From contig JASCQW010000032.1 of NCBI GenBank assembly GCA_030264375.1, forward strand, positions 45,643,723 through 45,707,722: DNA of 64,000 bases, written 5' to 3'. A model generated the notes under the pieces. It was not told the DNA's origin, did no database searches, and saw only the letters and a program-made list of their open reading frames with translations. Below, piece after piece: positions 51,850 to 62,403 of the stretch. The stretch is from Carcharhinus longimanus (lineage: Eukaryota). The position numbers were made by a program, and so were the translations under genes. Each line of letters begins with the position of its first letter. The first letter of the stretch is position 1.

Positions 51850-52075
51850 ATGCAAGGGCTGCCCCACAATTCACTGGTGTCATCTTTGATGTCATTTTTG
51901 AGGCAGTTGCACCTGGAGAGAAAATTCTATTTCCAGTGAGCAAAGGTCATCCAGCCAGGCTAAGCAGGCAGGGCTGGAGGTAACTCAGGAAGTGAGAAGC
52001 TGCAGCATTGCCAGGAGGACATGTTCCAGTTTCCGATGTGCTTCAGTGACCTGTGGATTGGCAAGAAGCGTGTAA
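51850..52075 (+). mobile_element. Myb/SANT domain of the partner gene of Harbinger element 3
   Basis: AAPQFTGVIFDVIFEAVAPGEKILFP...EVTQEVRSCSIARRT...FSDL resembles RAPRFSD.LE.L.EAV......LFP...W.EVA.EV......RT..QC.K.FNDL. Confidence 0.7.
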
Positions 52076-52395
52076 CTCTACCCCCAAATGGTAGGATTTC
52101 AGATCTGTCATCACAAACATATCCATGATTGGAGCAGCCTAAGGGCATGTAGTCCTTCTGAATAATAAACATGTGTGCCAGGCACATTACAGAGCTGTGG
52201 TAAAAGATCACATTGTTAGCAATAGTGGAGGAAGCAGCAGAAAGCAGTGACATCCCGTGTTAGCACTGCTGAAAATAGGGTCCTAACTCTCACACTTCGG
52301 ATCTTTCTTAAGAGTGCACCATGCCAGAGAAATGGGTCATTCATATGAAGTACCCTATCTATTAATTTTGATAATTCTGGAGAAGGAGGCCCTTT

Positions 52396-52829
52396 GTGTG
52401 ATAATTTTGAAGACGACGTTATGGCTTCAAGTTATCTCGGGTTTATTATCAGCAATATTTACATATATACAATCAAGGTTCTAACAGAACTACAATACAT
52501 GTCTTCCCCCTCTGGCTGCACACTGTGATCTCCCAACAACTAACAATGATTTTTTTTCTCGTCGCCAGTATAATAACTTTGATGGTGACTCGTTGTGGTT
52601 TCAAGTTTAAAGGATTTAGTACCAAAAATATTTATATATGTATAAACAAGGGTCTGACAGATTGCAATACATGTCTACTCCTCTCTGGTTCCAACTGTGG
52701 TTCCTTCCCAACCTAGGACACATGCTCTTGTACCCAATTGGCTCAGCTTCACATGCTGCCTCTCCATACGGTCCGGCCTGATCATGTGGCCCTCAGGAAC
52801 TGCACCCTTAAAGTGACCACAACACCACA
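52396..52829 (-). mobile_element. Collapsed LTR retrotransposon: LTR, PBS and a partial second LTR
   Basis: The minus strand starts tgtggtg...tttaaggg and has tggcgacgag (PBS-like) at 52567-52558. A related segment (caatacatgtct...ctctgg on +) occurs twice, and the element ends aataaac...atcacaca. Confidence 0.6.
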
Positions 52830-53479
52830 CTCTACATAGCTAGGGCCAAAGTGCTTCAGGAAGTGAGAGATGATGAGATGGGAGTCTGTCTAAGCTTGGT
52901 GAAATAATCCAAACATCTCCAGGTGATAAGGAGGCTGCCTTCTTCTCAGTTTCTTCTATGCCAAATCATAATCTCTAGTGGTCTGCTTCAGCTCTGCAGA
53001 AGCAGCACTAACAGAGGCAATTTAGCATATTGTTCAGTCTTCCACCAGGCTAGTTGTGGAGGGGGAGCCAATGCAGACCAGTGTGGCATCAGTGTTATTC
53101 TCTTCAGAGGAGGAAGAAGCAAGCATCATCCATCATCAGTCCATCAAGACACACTTATCTCAGTCGGGCTGCGTGTGATCCAGAACAGGTAGTGTAGGAT
53201 GACTATCTCCTCATGATTGAACATGAGTTGAAAGAAACAGAGAAGGCTGTGGGCAGACCCCATTGGAGTATGAAGGGCATACACAGTACTGCTTAGTTAG
53301 GTGAAGGTGCCCAGCCACAGGTATCACATCCATCGTGGACCAGTAGCGTGAGGCGATCAAAGCCATGGACGGAGATTCATTAGATCTGCACCACTATGCC
53401 TCAGGTTTTTGAGCTTCCCTCCCATTCATAATAAATATCTCAACAGAAGATTGGGATCTGTGACATATGTTGCAACACA

Positions 53480-54450
53480 TGGGCACCATCCTCCGCAACC
53501 TATTCCTCATGCTATTTCTCCTCCGATGTAATGTGCAGCTCATCACTTTTCCCTCTTCACAGTATACTTCTCTCTGGATGTCTCCGTTATGGCGAATGAA
53601 ACAAGCTACCAAAATGCAAGAGACCCTTGAGGGAGGATGCTGGAGAGCAGCACCCCCAGTCAATGCATGGAATTGCAGTCCAGTGGCCTGCTTGACAGTG
53701 GTCCTTGTGATAATACCTCTGCGCTTCCATTACAGGATACATATAGATATCTGTAGCTGTCTCCTTAGGGGATATCCCTTGTCTCTTCACAGGCATCCAC
53801 AATATTTCTCAGCTGCCATGAAGAACCATGACATCTACCATTGCCTGAGGATGGAGGAGCCATGGCAGCTGCCAGGAAATTATGCACAAACCTACATAAG
53901 GTGCTTTTTGTGGTTTCAGACTAACTGGACATGTATAAATGAAACCCCTTGTGAGAAAGCCCCTAGATTTTCAGTTGGTGCTTTATTGGTCATGGGTGCA
54001 ATCAGTGACATCCTGTACACATGAGGGAATCCAGCAATGGAGGTGAATCGGACTGTCCTTAGTGCTTGTGTTGGAAGATCGGTTTGGAACTGTGTAAGAC
54101 GCTGCCCTCTTAAATAGTACATCCATGCAATGATGGGCAGCTGGTTGAGAAATGTCACCACAGTCAAAAGCCAGCCCTTGAAAAGCCCAGATGCAAAAAC
54201 GTTCAGAGCCATTGTAGCTTTACTCCCAGGTCATGATCTGGAGACCTGTAAAGCCTGAGATAATCGTCAATGAGGGCCCACAGCTCATAATTCAGTTGCC
54301 TGGATCTGCGCAGCCTCCTGTAGCACCGAAACCTTGAAATCGCATAAAAAATGTGTTCTTTCTCAGTACATTCTATCGTGAGGATATCATTTCTTTGGCC
54401 TCCCAGCTTCTCATTCCTCACCACTACATTGCTCATGGGCAAGGGTGTGC
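53480..54450 (-). mobile_element. Harbinger transposase pseudogene of element 3
   Basis: MALNVFASGLF, RFTSIAGFPHV, IHVQLV and GAALQHPPSRVSCILVACFIRHN appear in HARBI1-family order. Confidence 0.85.
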
Positions 54451-56689
54451 CTCTGCTCCTGCTGGGGCTACTCCCCATCATTGCTGATTTCCAACTCAAA
54501 GTGGTTAAAACTCCATTTCCAGGAATGGCCATCTCTGCAACCAGCTGCAGTACTATGGGTTCCTGGACTGCCTACGATGTCTGATGATCCCTGTAGGTTC
54601 ACTGTCTTCCCCCCAAGTTTTACTGATCAAACTCTCAGGAAGCATTGATCACACGATGGCCACTGTGTGGAACTACATGAGGTGTTCCCTGAGCTTTCCC
54701 TCTCTTATGCAGTGTTCTGAGTAGGACCCACATCCACGACCAGCTCCCTATTGTGATGTTGGACCCTCCCCATAGGCAGGCCTGAGTCTCTCCATGTTTC
54801 CTGCGCTTCCTCTTAAATACTGCACTTCAATGAGCTGTTAATTAGCTTGTTTACATGCTTGATTACACCACCATTTTCAGGTGGCTGACTGCTTCCTGAC
54901 TCCTTTGCAAAAATCACAGTACATCGGGATGGGTGCAAAATCTCCTACATGAACAACACTCGATTCTGTTCCCACCCCCAGCCTGCTACAAAAAAATACA
55001 GCCCCCTACGTCAGGATTTCACTCTCATGTTCTGACTATCAAAATAGGGACTCCATATACAAGCGACACAGGTAAACTTGGTTTCACTAGGAGAACTTTT
55101 GTCAAAGGGCTGAGTGGGCACCCAAATATTTTTTCCTGGGTGCAGAACGTTTGTCCAGCTGCCTACCTCTGGCTTTATGGAGTCTTTAGCAAATGCAAAT
55201 CTGTACTACCATAGATTCACTCCTATTGATTATGCCCTAAATCGTATATTCAGTGCAGTTAGTCGTAGTTTCACAGCAGACACGATCTCGGCGTTACTGT
55301 TGGGATCACTGTGTAATGATTTTATAAACCTTAAATTTTAAATTCTGTGAGACCATCTCTTTTGTGTGTAACCATACATATGCAAAATTGTCCCTGGACT
55401 GAATAATCAGAGGCAAGAAATTTCATGGTAAAGATAATTGAGTATGGTGTAAGGTATGCTGCCGATTTGTGGTGTCCATTTTGCATTACTACCCAAGACA
55501 AATTCACCCTGACCCCAAATTTCTAGAAAAACACAACGGTACTTCCTGCGTTGAACTGTAGCTGCAGTGTAACTGCAGGATTACAGCTGTTTTGATTGGA
55601 AAAGTTTATTTGCTATATGACCTAGTTTGCTTACCCCCTATGTCAAGGGTAATATTGGCAACAGTGGATAATTGTCACAGAGTCAGGTTCTCGACACTTA
55701 ACTAATTTTCAGAAAACTGAGACCAGTTGTAGTACCATCACTGTCACATCACCATCCACAGCAAGATTACGACAGTGAAACTGGGCTTTGTAGTGCATTT
55801 GGTGCCAGCAATACAAAAGCCTCAAAGGTATAAAATTGCACAGGTTGTGCTATTAGCCACTCTGGTGTGGTCCGTGATGTGCTCCAAGCTGGGAAAGGTG
55901 CCAACGTAAACATATCATTTGTGCAGCAGTAACTTCAGGAATGGTCAGATTGTGATATCAGTTAGCCTTTCTGACTAATTTGATGTATGTCTTTCAAATG
56001 CATATTGTACAGATGCAGTGAATGTTTGTTGAATCACTGCCATAGGGGATTTTCACAGTAACTTCACTGCAGTGTTAATGTAATCTTACTTGTGACTAAT
56101 AAATAAACTTAAACCGATAACTGAATATGTTTTTAACTGCATGATGAGTGTTATTTAATGGGAAAGCCATCCAACTTGCAGGGGAGGTAATTTTGACTTG
56201 ATTCTTCTGTGGAAACATGTGGCTTGTTTTTGGAAGATTGTTGATGAGCAGGCATAATCAATCACAGAGGGTAGAGGGGTATGGGGGCTGTATTTATCTG
56301 CAGCACAACAGAAAAATGGGAAGCTCTGTAAAGAGGGAAGAGGAGCCCCCCCTCCTACCGCCCACCACCAGCCCTGCCACCCCACAGAAAGCCTAGTGCA
56401 CTGCAGGTTTTAGGTGAGTACTTACTGAACCTACACCTCAACTAGGAGTAAAGTCTAAGGTAGTTCAGAAAAACAAGGAGGTGGTCACAGAATTTTATCA
56501 CTTCCTCTGACAGGACTTTGAGCCTCAATCAAGGAGGAGAATGGTGATGCCAATGAAGGTCACAGATGTATTAAGCTTGTATGTGACTGGATTATTCCAG
56601 GCAAGAGTGATGGTTAACATCTCCCATTCCTACATTGGGGAGTTGATGGAGCCCTTACCTGAGGAGAGATAATTACATCATGTTTTCTG

Positions 56690-57240
56690 TAAGCAAGGGA
56701 GAAGCAGGATAAAGTGGCGTGTGGCTTCGCTAGCAGGATTCCCAATGACGCAGGAACTATCAATTGCACAAACATGCCTCTGCAGTCCCTCACATCAGTG
56801 GTTAAAGACATAGGAACTGCAAGGGCTATGTTTCTGTCAGTGTGCAGTAATGTGCGATCATACACAGACCATAATATTGGCAGCAATAACAATGCTTTCT
56901 TTCTAAAGTAGTTTGCCATGTCCAACATCTTCAGGCCTCCAAGAGGAATCAGCGTGCTTGCAGATAATGCCATCCCCTCTATAGCGGGCTGGTGACCACC
57001 CCCTCCTCCCCCTAACATTCCCTCCACCGCATGACCATGTATGGATATTAGGCATATAATGAAAGCCATGAAGCCATCTGTGAATCACTTTACCGGTGTG
57101 TTGAAACAATATTTCTACTGCCTGGATAACCGGGGGAGGAGAGGGGGGTTGCTTGCCGTACATGCCAGAGTATGTTACCGACCTCATGGACGTCTGCTGC
57201 CTCCTCCACAAAATTATCATCACTGCAGTGCAGCCATTGC
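56690..57240 (+). mobile_element. Harbinger transposase pseudogene (element 4)
   Basis: REKQDKVACGF..AGFP...GTINCTNMPLQS, VMCDHTQTII, GSNNNAFFLK, VNHFTGVLKQYFYCLD and PYMPEYVTDLMDVCCLLH. Confidence 0.8.
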
Positions 57241-58099
57241 CACCAAGCCTCTGGAAGTCACATCAGGAGAACCATTTAGCCTAAGACTGGCTGTAAAGAT
57301 TCCAGCTCCAATAAGGCAATCTCCCTTCACCAACATGGCTGCATCATTCCTCACCTACCATCCATATGGGACTCTCATGACAAGAGTTTCCTTGGCTAAC
57401 ATTGTGCCATAAAAGCCACCAGCAATTGCATTGATGGTGGAAGGCTGTTTTCCACCAGGGAGACTGCAAATGATCTTGCAGGATGCCTTCAAGTAGCTCT
57501 GGATCATGAAGGCCTGTCTTCAGACTGTACCAATAAAGGGCAACAATAAGCGGAATGGTAGTTGAAAGAACAGAAATGCTGTTATCAGTGCCGGACTTAG
57601 ACTTGTTGAAGCCCGAAGCTACATAAACTTGGAGGCCCGTTGTTAAAAAGTTACACCAAAAGGTCTCACAAAGATGCATACCAAAACCGGACCTTGGGTA
57701 ACCACAAAAGAATTGAAAACATATTTATGTGTTTTAATTATTTAATAGCAAGGTATTTAAAGTGAAAAATACAAATTATTTTCAAATGAATGCATTTACT
57801 GATTACATGTTTATCATTTGGCTGGCTTGATTTCTCTCATAGACTATATTATAGTATACCCTGGAAACAGTACTTAAATGTAATTTTTAAAATACTTTTA
57901 AGATACATTAATATATATACAAAATTCTGACAAAATAAGTAATCAGGATTTTGTGAGGACCCTGCAGATTGTGATGCCCTAAGCTGTAGCTTGTTTAGCT
58001 CATGCCTAAATCCAACACTGGCTGTTATCCTGAAACAGCAGCACAAGTTTGTGCTCCACAAAGTCACTAGCATCTGTGTTGGACCGCACCTTGGCAATC

Positions 58100-59072
58100 T
58101 TATTAACTTGTTGGAGGAAATATTGCTTGATTGGTGCATGAGTTTGCATGGCCCTTTGAGCTCAGAGATCCATAGTCAAGATAGCAACAGTCTAAGCTAG
58201 CACTGAGATGTTGGGTGGCTTCTGCTTGTACTGCAGTGAAAGCTGAGACTTTGACCATCGGATACTGCATCACAAGTGAGTCCATTAGTGCTATAGAGTT
58301 AGTTACCACATCCATGGTGGAAAGGATGTGCTCCAAGCTCTGCACAATGTCCTCTGCCATATTGGAACTAAATTCCTTCTTATTTCTTGCCAGTGACAGG
58401 AAGCTGTCTTGCAACCTTGCCAATGCACCAAACATCTTCATGTTCTCCAGTGTACCATCCCATCCAGACTCTTATCTGAGTCCCCTGTAGCAGAATTTGT
58501 CTGCAACTTTGTCATCTGCTGAGTTGTAGCTTAATTGTGCATGGTGACTCATCATCTGAAGATCCTTAAAGAGTGTTAGTGATTGTGATCCATTGTGTTT
58601 GGATGCTATGCCTGTTGCTGATGAATAGCTGAATGTACATGGTGACAATGAGAGACAGATCTGAGACTGGTGTTAGTGAACGACGAGAGTGAGATTGAGT
58701 ATGTCAATGTAAGATCTGAATACTGAGTGCTAGGGTATGCTGGTGAGTGCAAAATAGGAGTGTAGTGCACTGATCACTGTAAGAAGTTAGTGGTGTGTTG
58801 GGTACAAGATGTCATCTGAAGATGCATTCATTTAACTTGAGCACCCACTCGAGGTAATTGAACTTATTCCAGCATGGCTGCCTGGTTCTTGGCAACAGAT
58901 TCCCAGCATTGACCTCCCAGGCCACCTGCTGCCATTCCCTTCAGAGGGTGGTCCTTGATGGCCTTCTGACCTCCAGCAGAACATGGCCTCTCTCTGCCAA
59001 TCTCTATCACTAAGCCTTCGGCCCTGCATCTATTAAGCTAGTGGTTCCTCTCTCTTTTCCCTGGTGCTCCAT
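58100..59072 (-). mobile_element. Myb/SANT partner gene of Harbinger element 4
   Basis: Minus-strand MEHQGKERG...EWQQVAWEVNAGNLLPRTRQPCWNKFNYLEWVLK, with a downstream helical segment MFGALARLQDSFLSLARN. Confidence 0.8.
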
Positions 59073-59514
59073 TTACTTTATTTTTAATTGTAGAGTCATT
59101 CAGATACCTTGCATATTCAGAGAATTGAATTTTTTTTTTAAATGGATTCAAAGTGAATTCAGTATCCAAAGCATTTGCATAGCATCTTTGCCTCAAAACT
59201 AGCCTCACATTCTGTTTGACCCCACACACTGCTTGATCCCCTGTTGATGTGCAGCCAACCAATAGCATGTGTCGCACTCAGGTGTAATGTGGAAAATGAG
59301 GAGTCCTGGGTGCAGGTGGATCGTGAATCATGAGCCCAGGGCCAAAAGTGAACACAACCAATTTTTGCCATATGAAACTGTTTTCTTAAAATTAAGCAAA
59401 TACCATGCCCAGGCCTGCATACAGAAGTTTCAAAGTAAGTGAAGATAGAAATTAATTAACCTTTAAATCATATTCACAAGTTCACCTGATTTGATACAAA
59501 TGCATTAATATTGA

Positions 59515-60172
59515 AATTACCAAACAAAAAGCACAAAGGGTAGCCAGCATGGATTCAGGAAGGGCACATCGTGCTCACTTGATTTGTTTACCGTAGTCAG
59601 CAATGGAAATGCTGCGAGTGTTTTTTGCTTACATTTCTAAAGAACTTTTAATTAAGTTCCGGAGTAGAGATCATTGACTAGGAACCTAGGATATCATTCA
59701 TCCTTTTGAAAATGTTCTGTCATTCATTTATGTCATGGAATATCTGAACTTAATTTACCTGCCTGTGCTGCATATCCCTTGATATCTTTATCTGACATAA
59801 TTCTTATCAAACTCAATACTGAAAGCTCCAATTGACCTAGCATCCATGGCCTGAGAAGCAAGTGAGCTCCAAATTCCAACTACCTTTTGTGTGTAAAAAT
59901 GTTTCCTGATTTCGCTCCTGAATGGCCTGGTTCTAATTTTAAAATTAGATTCATCCTGCATTCCCCCACCAGAGGAACAGCTTCTTTATAATCTACCCCT
60001 TTGAAACCTTTTACCATTTTAAATACCTCAGTTAGATCATCCTTCAACCTTTTATATTCGATGGAACACGAGCAAGTTTATACAACCTGCCCTCATAGTT
60101 TTAGCCCCACGTCATTCTGATAAATTTGCACTGCACTCACTCCATGGCTGATATTATCTTTCCTGAGATGCT
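59515..60172. mobile_element. Two CR1 fragments (+ 59515-59690, - 59710-60172)
   Basis: SQHGFRKGTSCSLDL on +. Also ttttaaatacctcagttagatcatccttcaacctt, the reverse complement of an RLKDDLTEVFK motif. Confidence 0.7.
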
Positions 60173-60544
60173 GAAATTCTGAAATTTCAGATGAAAAATA
60201 TTCGATGAGAAACAAACAAGCCATCAGAAACAATTTTTGCATCTAATCTATCAAGCAGCATTTTATTGATAATGATTACAATAATGAAAGTCTGTAAACT
60301 TCACCTTGTTGCATGGATAAATAAATAAAATTTTGTTGATTGTTAAAATTGTAAATTGCTATAAATAGCAATTAAATGTAATATTCTATAAATACAAAAT
60401 AATTACAATCTGAAATGTTCTATTGAATATTCATTTTACTATTCTGGCTTCAGTTCCATTTTGAACTTGTAAATTGAAATACATAATACATATTGTGAAC
60501 AATTGTCCATCATCTTTTTAAATATAGTTGTCTAACTAGGGTGG

Positions 60545-61075
60545 TTGTGGTTGGTTGTTCAGCCATCGTCTTCGATGAGGACCACCATTAGTCATTTTGA
60601 GGCTGGTTGTGGTGTGTCTGAAGATGACTGATCAGGCCAATTTGGGCACGGAATGTCCTGGCACATATTGGACAGACTTGTGTAGACACTGTAGTTGTTG
60701 CGCTGGTNNNNNNNNNNNNNNNNNNNNNNNNNNNNNNNNNNNNNNNNNNNNNNNNNNNNNNNNNNNNNNNNNNNNNNNNNNNNNNNNNNNNNNNNNNNNN
60801 NNNNNNNNNNNNNNNNNNNNNNNNNNNNNNNNNNNNNNNNNNNNNNNNNNNNNNNNNNNNNNNNNNNNNNNNNNNNNNNNNNNNNNNNNNNNNNNNNNNN
60901 NNNNNNNNNNNNNNNNNNNNNNNNNNNNNNNNNNNNNNNNNNNNNNNNNNNNNNNNNNNNNNNNNNNNNNNNNNNNNNNNNNNNNNNNGAGAGAACTTCA
61001 GTGTCTGGTACTTTGTCTTGCCATCTGATGCGTAATATTCTGCAAAGACAAGTCATGTGGAAATTATGTAATTTC
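60545..61075 (-). mobile_element. RTE-clade LINE 3' end (middle lies in a gap)
   Basis: Minus-strand KLHNFHMTCLCRILRIRWQDKVPDTEVL is an RTE motif. A degenerate C2H2-like C-terminus and a caac-type tail follow. Confidence 0.8.
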
Positions 61076-61637
61076 CATTTCTGAATAGGGTAACAAACCC
61101 TAGGGAAAGTGTCATTTCCATTTCTAAATAGGGTAACAAATAAGGGGCACACTTTTGCCCACATTTTCAGTAGCCATCAGCTGGCAGTCATCGGGTAGGT
61201 ACAATAATTTAAAGTATAATTTATTATATTGTAAGAAATAAAATTGTTAAATAGCTTTGTTTTAACCACAGATTCTTTCAGAGATTTAATGCCATAAGAG
61301 TGAAAATAATTTAGCAGCAAAAATTTAGCAACAGAAGAAATTCGTGCGTGTGACTTTCCCAGAGGAAAATCTGAAAATTCTGTCATTATGTTAAAGATGA
61401 TAGGTTGTTTCTAAATTAATAAAAACATGAATTTTGTCAATTTAAGATAATTGACTGCACATTAGATTCCATTTTACTGACATGTAAAAATAAATCTTTC
61501 CAATCCAGCATTTTACTAATACTTTGCTATTGCAACATCTTTTAGATCTGGAAAAAGCTATTTTTCACTAAATTACCTCCTGTTAAATAGAAGAATCACT
61601 TATTTATAATTGTCATTCAGATAATGATCAATAATTA

Positions 61638-61935
61638 TCAGCAACACAGTGGTTAGTACTGCTGCCCCACAGCACCAGGGACCCAAGTTTGATCCCGGCC
61701 TTGGTTTCTGTGTGGAGTTTGCATGTTCTCCCTGTGTCTGTGTGGGTTTCCTACAGGTGCTCTGGCTTCCTCCCACAGTTCACAGGTGTGTAGGTTAAGT
61801 GCATTTGCCATGGTGAACGTGCAGGGTTACAGGGGTGGGGCTGGGCCTTGATGGGATACTCTTTCAGAGAGTCCATGCAGACTTGATGAGCCGGATGGCC
61901 TCTTTCTACATTGTAGGGAATCTACAGTTCTAATA
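61638..61935 (+). mobile_element. HE1-like V-SINE
   Basis: cagtggttagtactgctgccccacagcaccagggaccc...gtggagtttgcatgttctccc...ggatggcctctttctacattgtaggg. Confidence 0.88.
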
Positions 61936-62004
61936 ATAAGTAATCATGTTGAAAGTGAGTGCTGATTGAAATAGCCTAGAACATAAACAGGTTCACATTA
62001 AACC

Positions 62005-62105
62005 TGCTCTGACGAAGTGTCATTCAGACTCAAAATGTTGGGTCTATTTTCTCTCCACAGATGCTGTCAGACCTGCTGAGATTTTCTAGCATTTTGCTTT
62101 GCTTC
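62005..62105 (+). mobile_element. Penelope-type terminal repeat fragment with a degenerate hammerhead-like core
   Basis: ctgacgaagtgtcattcagactcaaaatg...tctctccacagatgctgtcagacctgctgagattttctagcatttt. Confidence 0.65.
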
Positions 62106-62315
62106 ACGTTAAATGTAACCTTCAGTCCATGTTCAAAAAGTCAGCCTGGTATCATGATATCAAAATAAGAAGAAACAGATCAAATACATATTAAACATTA
62201 TTATTCAACATTAATAAATTAATTTTGTTAATGTCAACATAAATACAACTTCAATAATAGTCATCGTACTCCATTATTTATATTTGCTTCATTGTCTTTT
62301 AAACAAAAGAAAACT

Positions 62316-62403
62316 ATCTTGAGATATTTCATTTCTGGATTAAAGTATTATATTATCAATCTTGAGGTATTTCATTTCTGGATTAAAGTATTATATTGTC
62401 AAT
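62316..62403. repeat. 43-bp tandem duplication
   Basis: atcttgag.tatttcatttctggattaaagtattatatt.tca occurs twice, with two mismatches. Confidence 0.9.

Larger units (their letters stand above)
50589..55006. mobile_element. PIF/Harbinger element 3 (near full-length fossil with a nested LINE and LTR piece)
   Basis: Putative TIRs gactggattttt / aaaaatacagccccc. A Myb/SANT gene on + and a transposase on - are convergent. Confidence 0.65.

Noticed and set aside
53467-54024. 185-aa + strand ORF
   Set aside because: Antisense shadow of the minus-strand Harbinger transposase.
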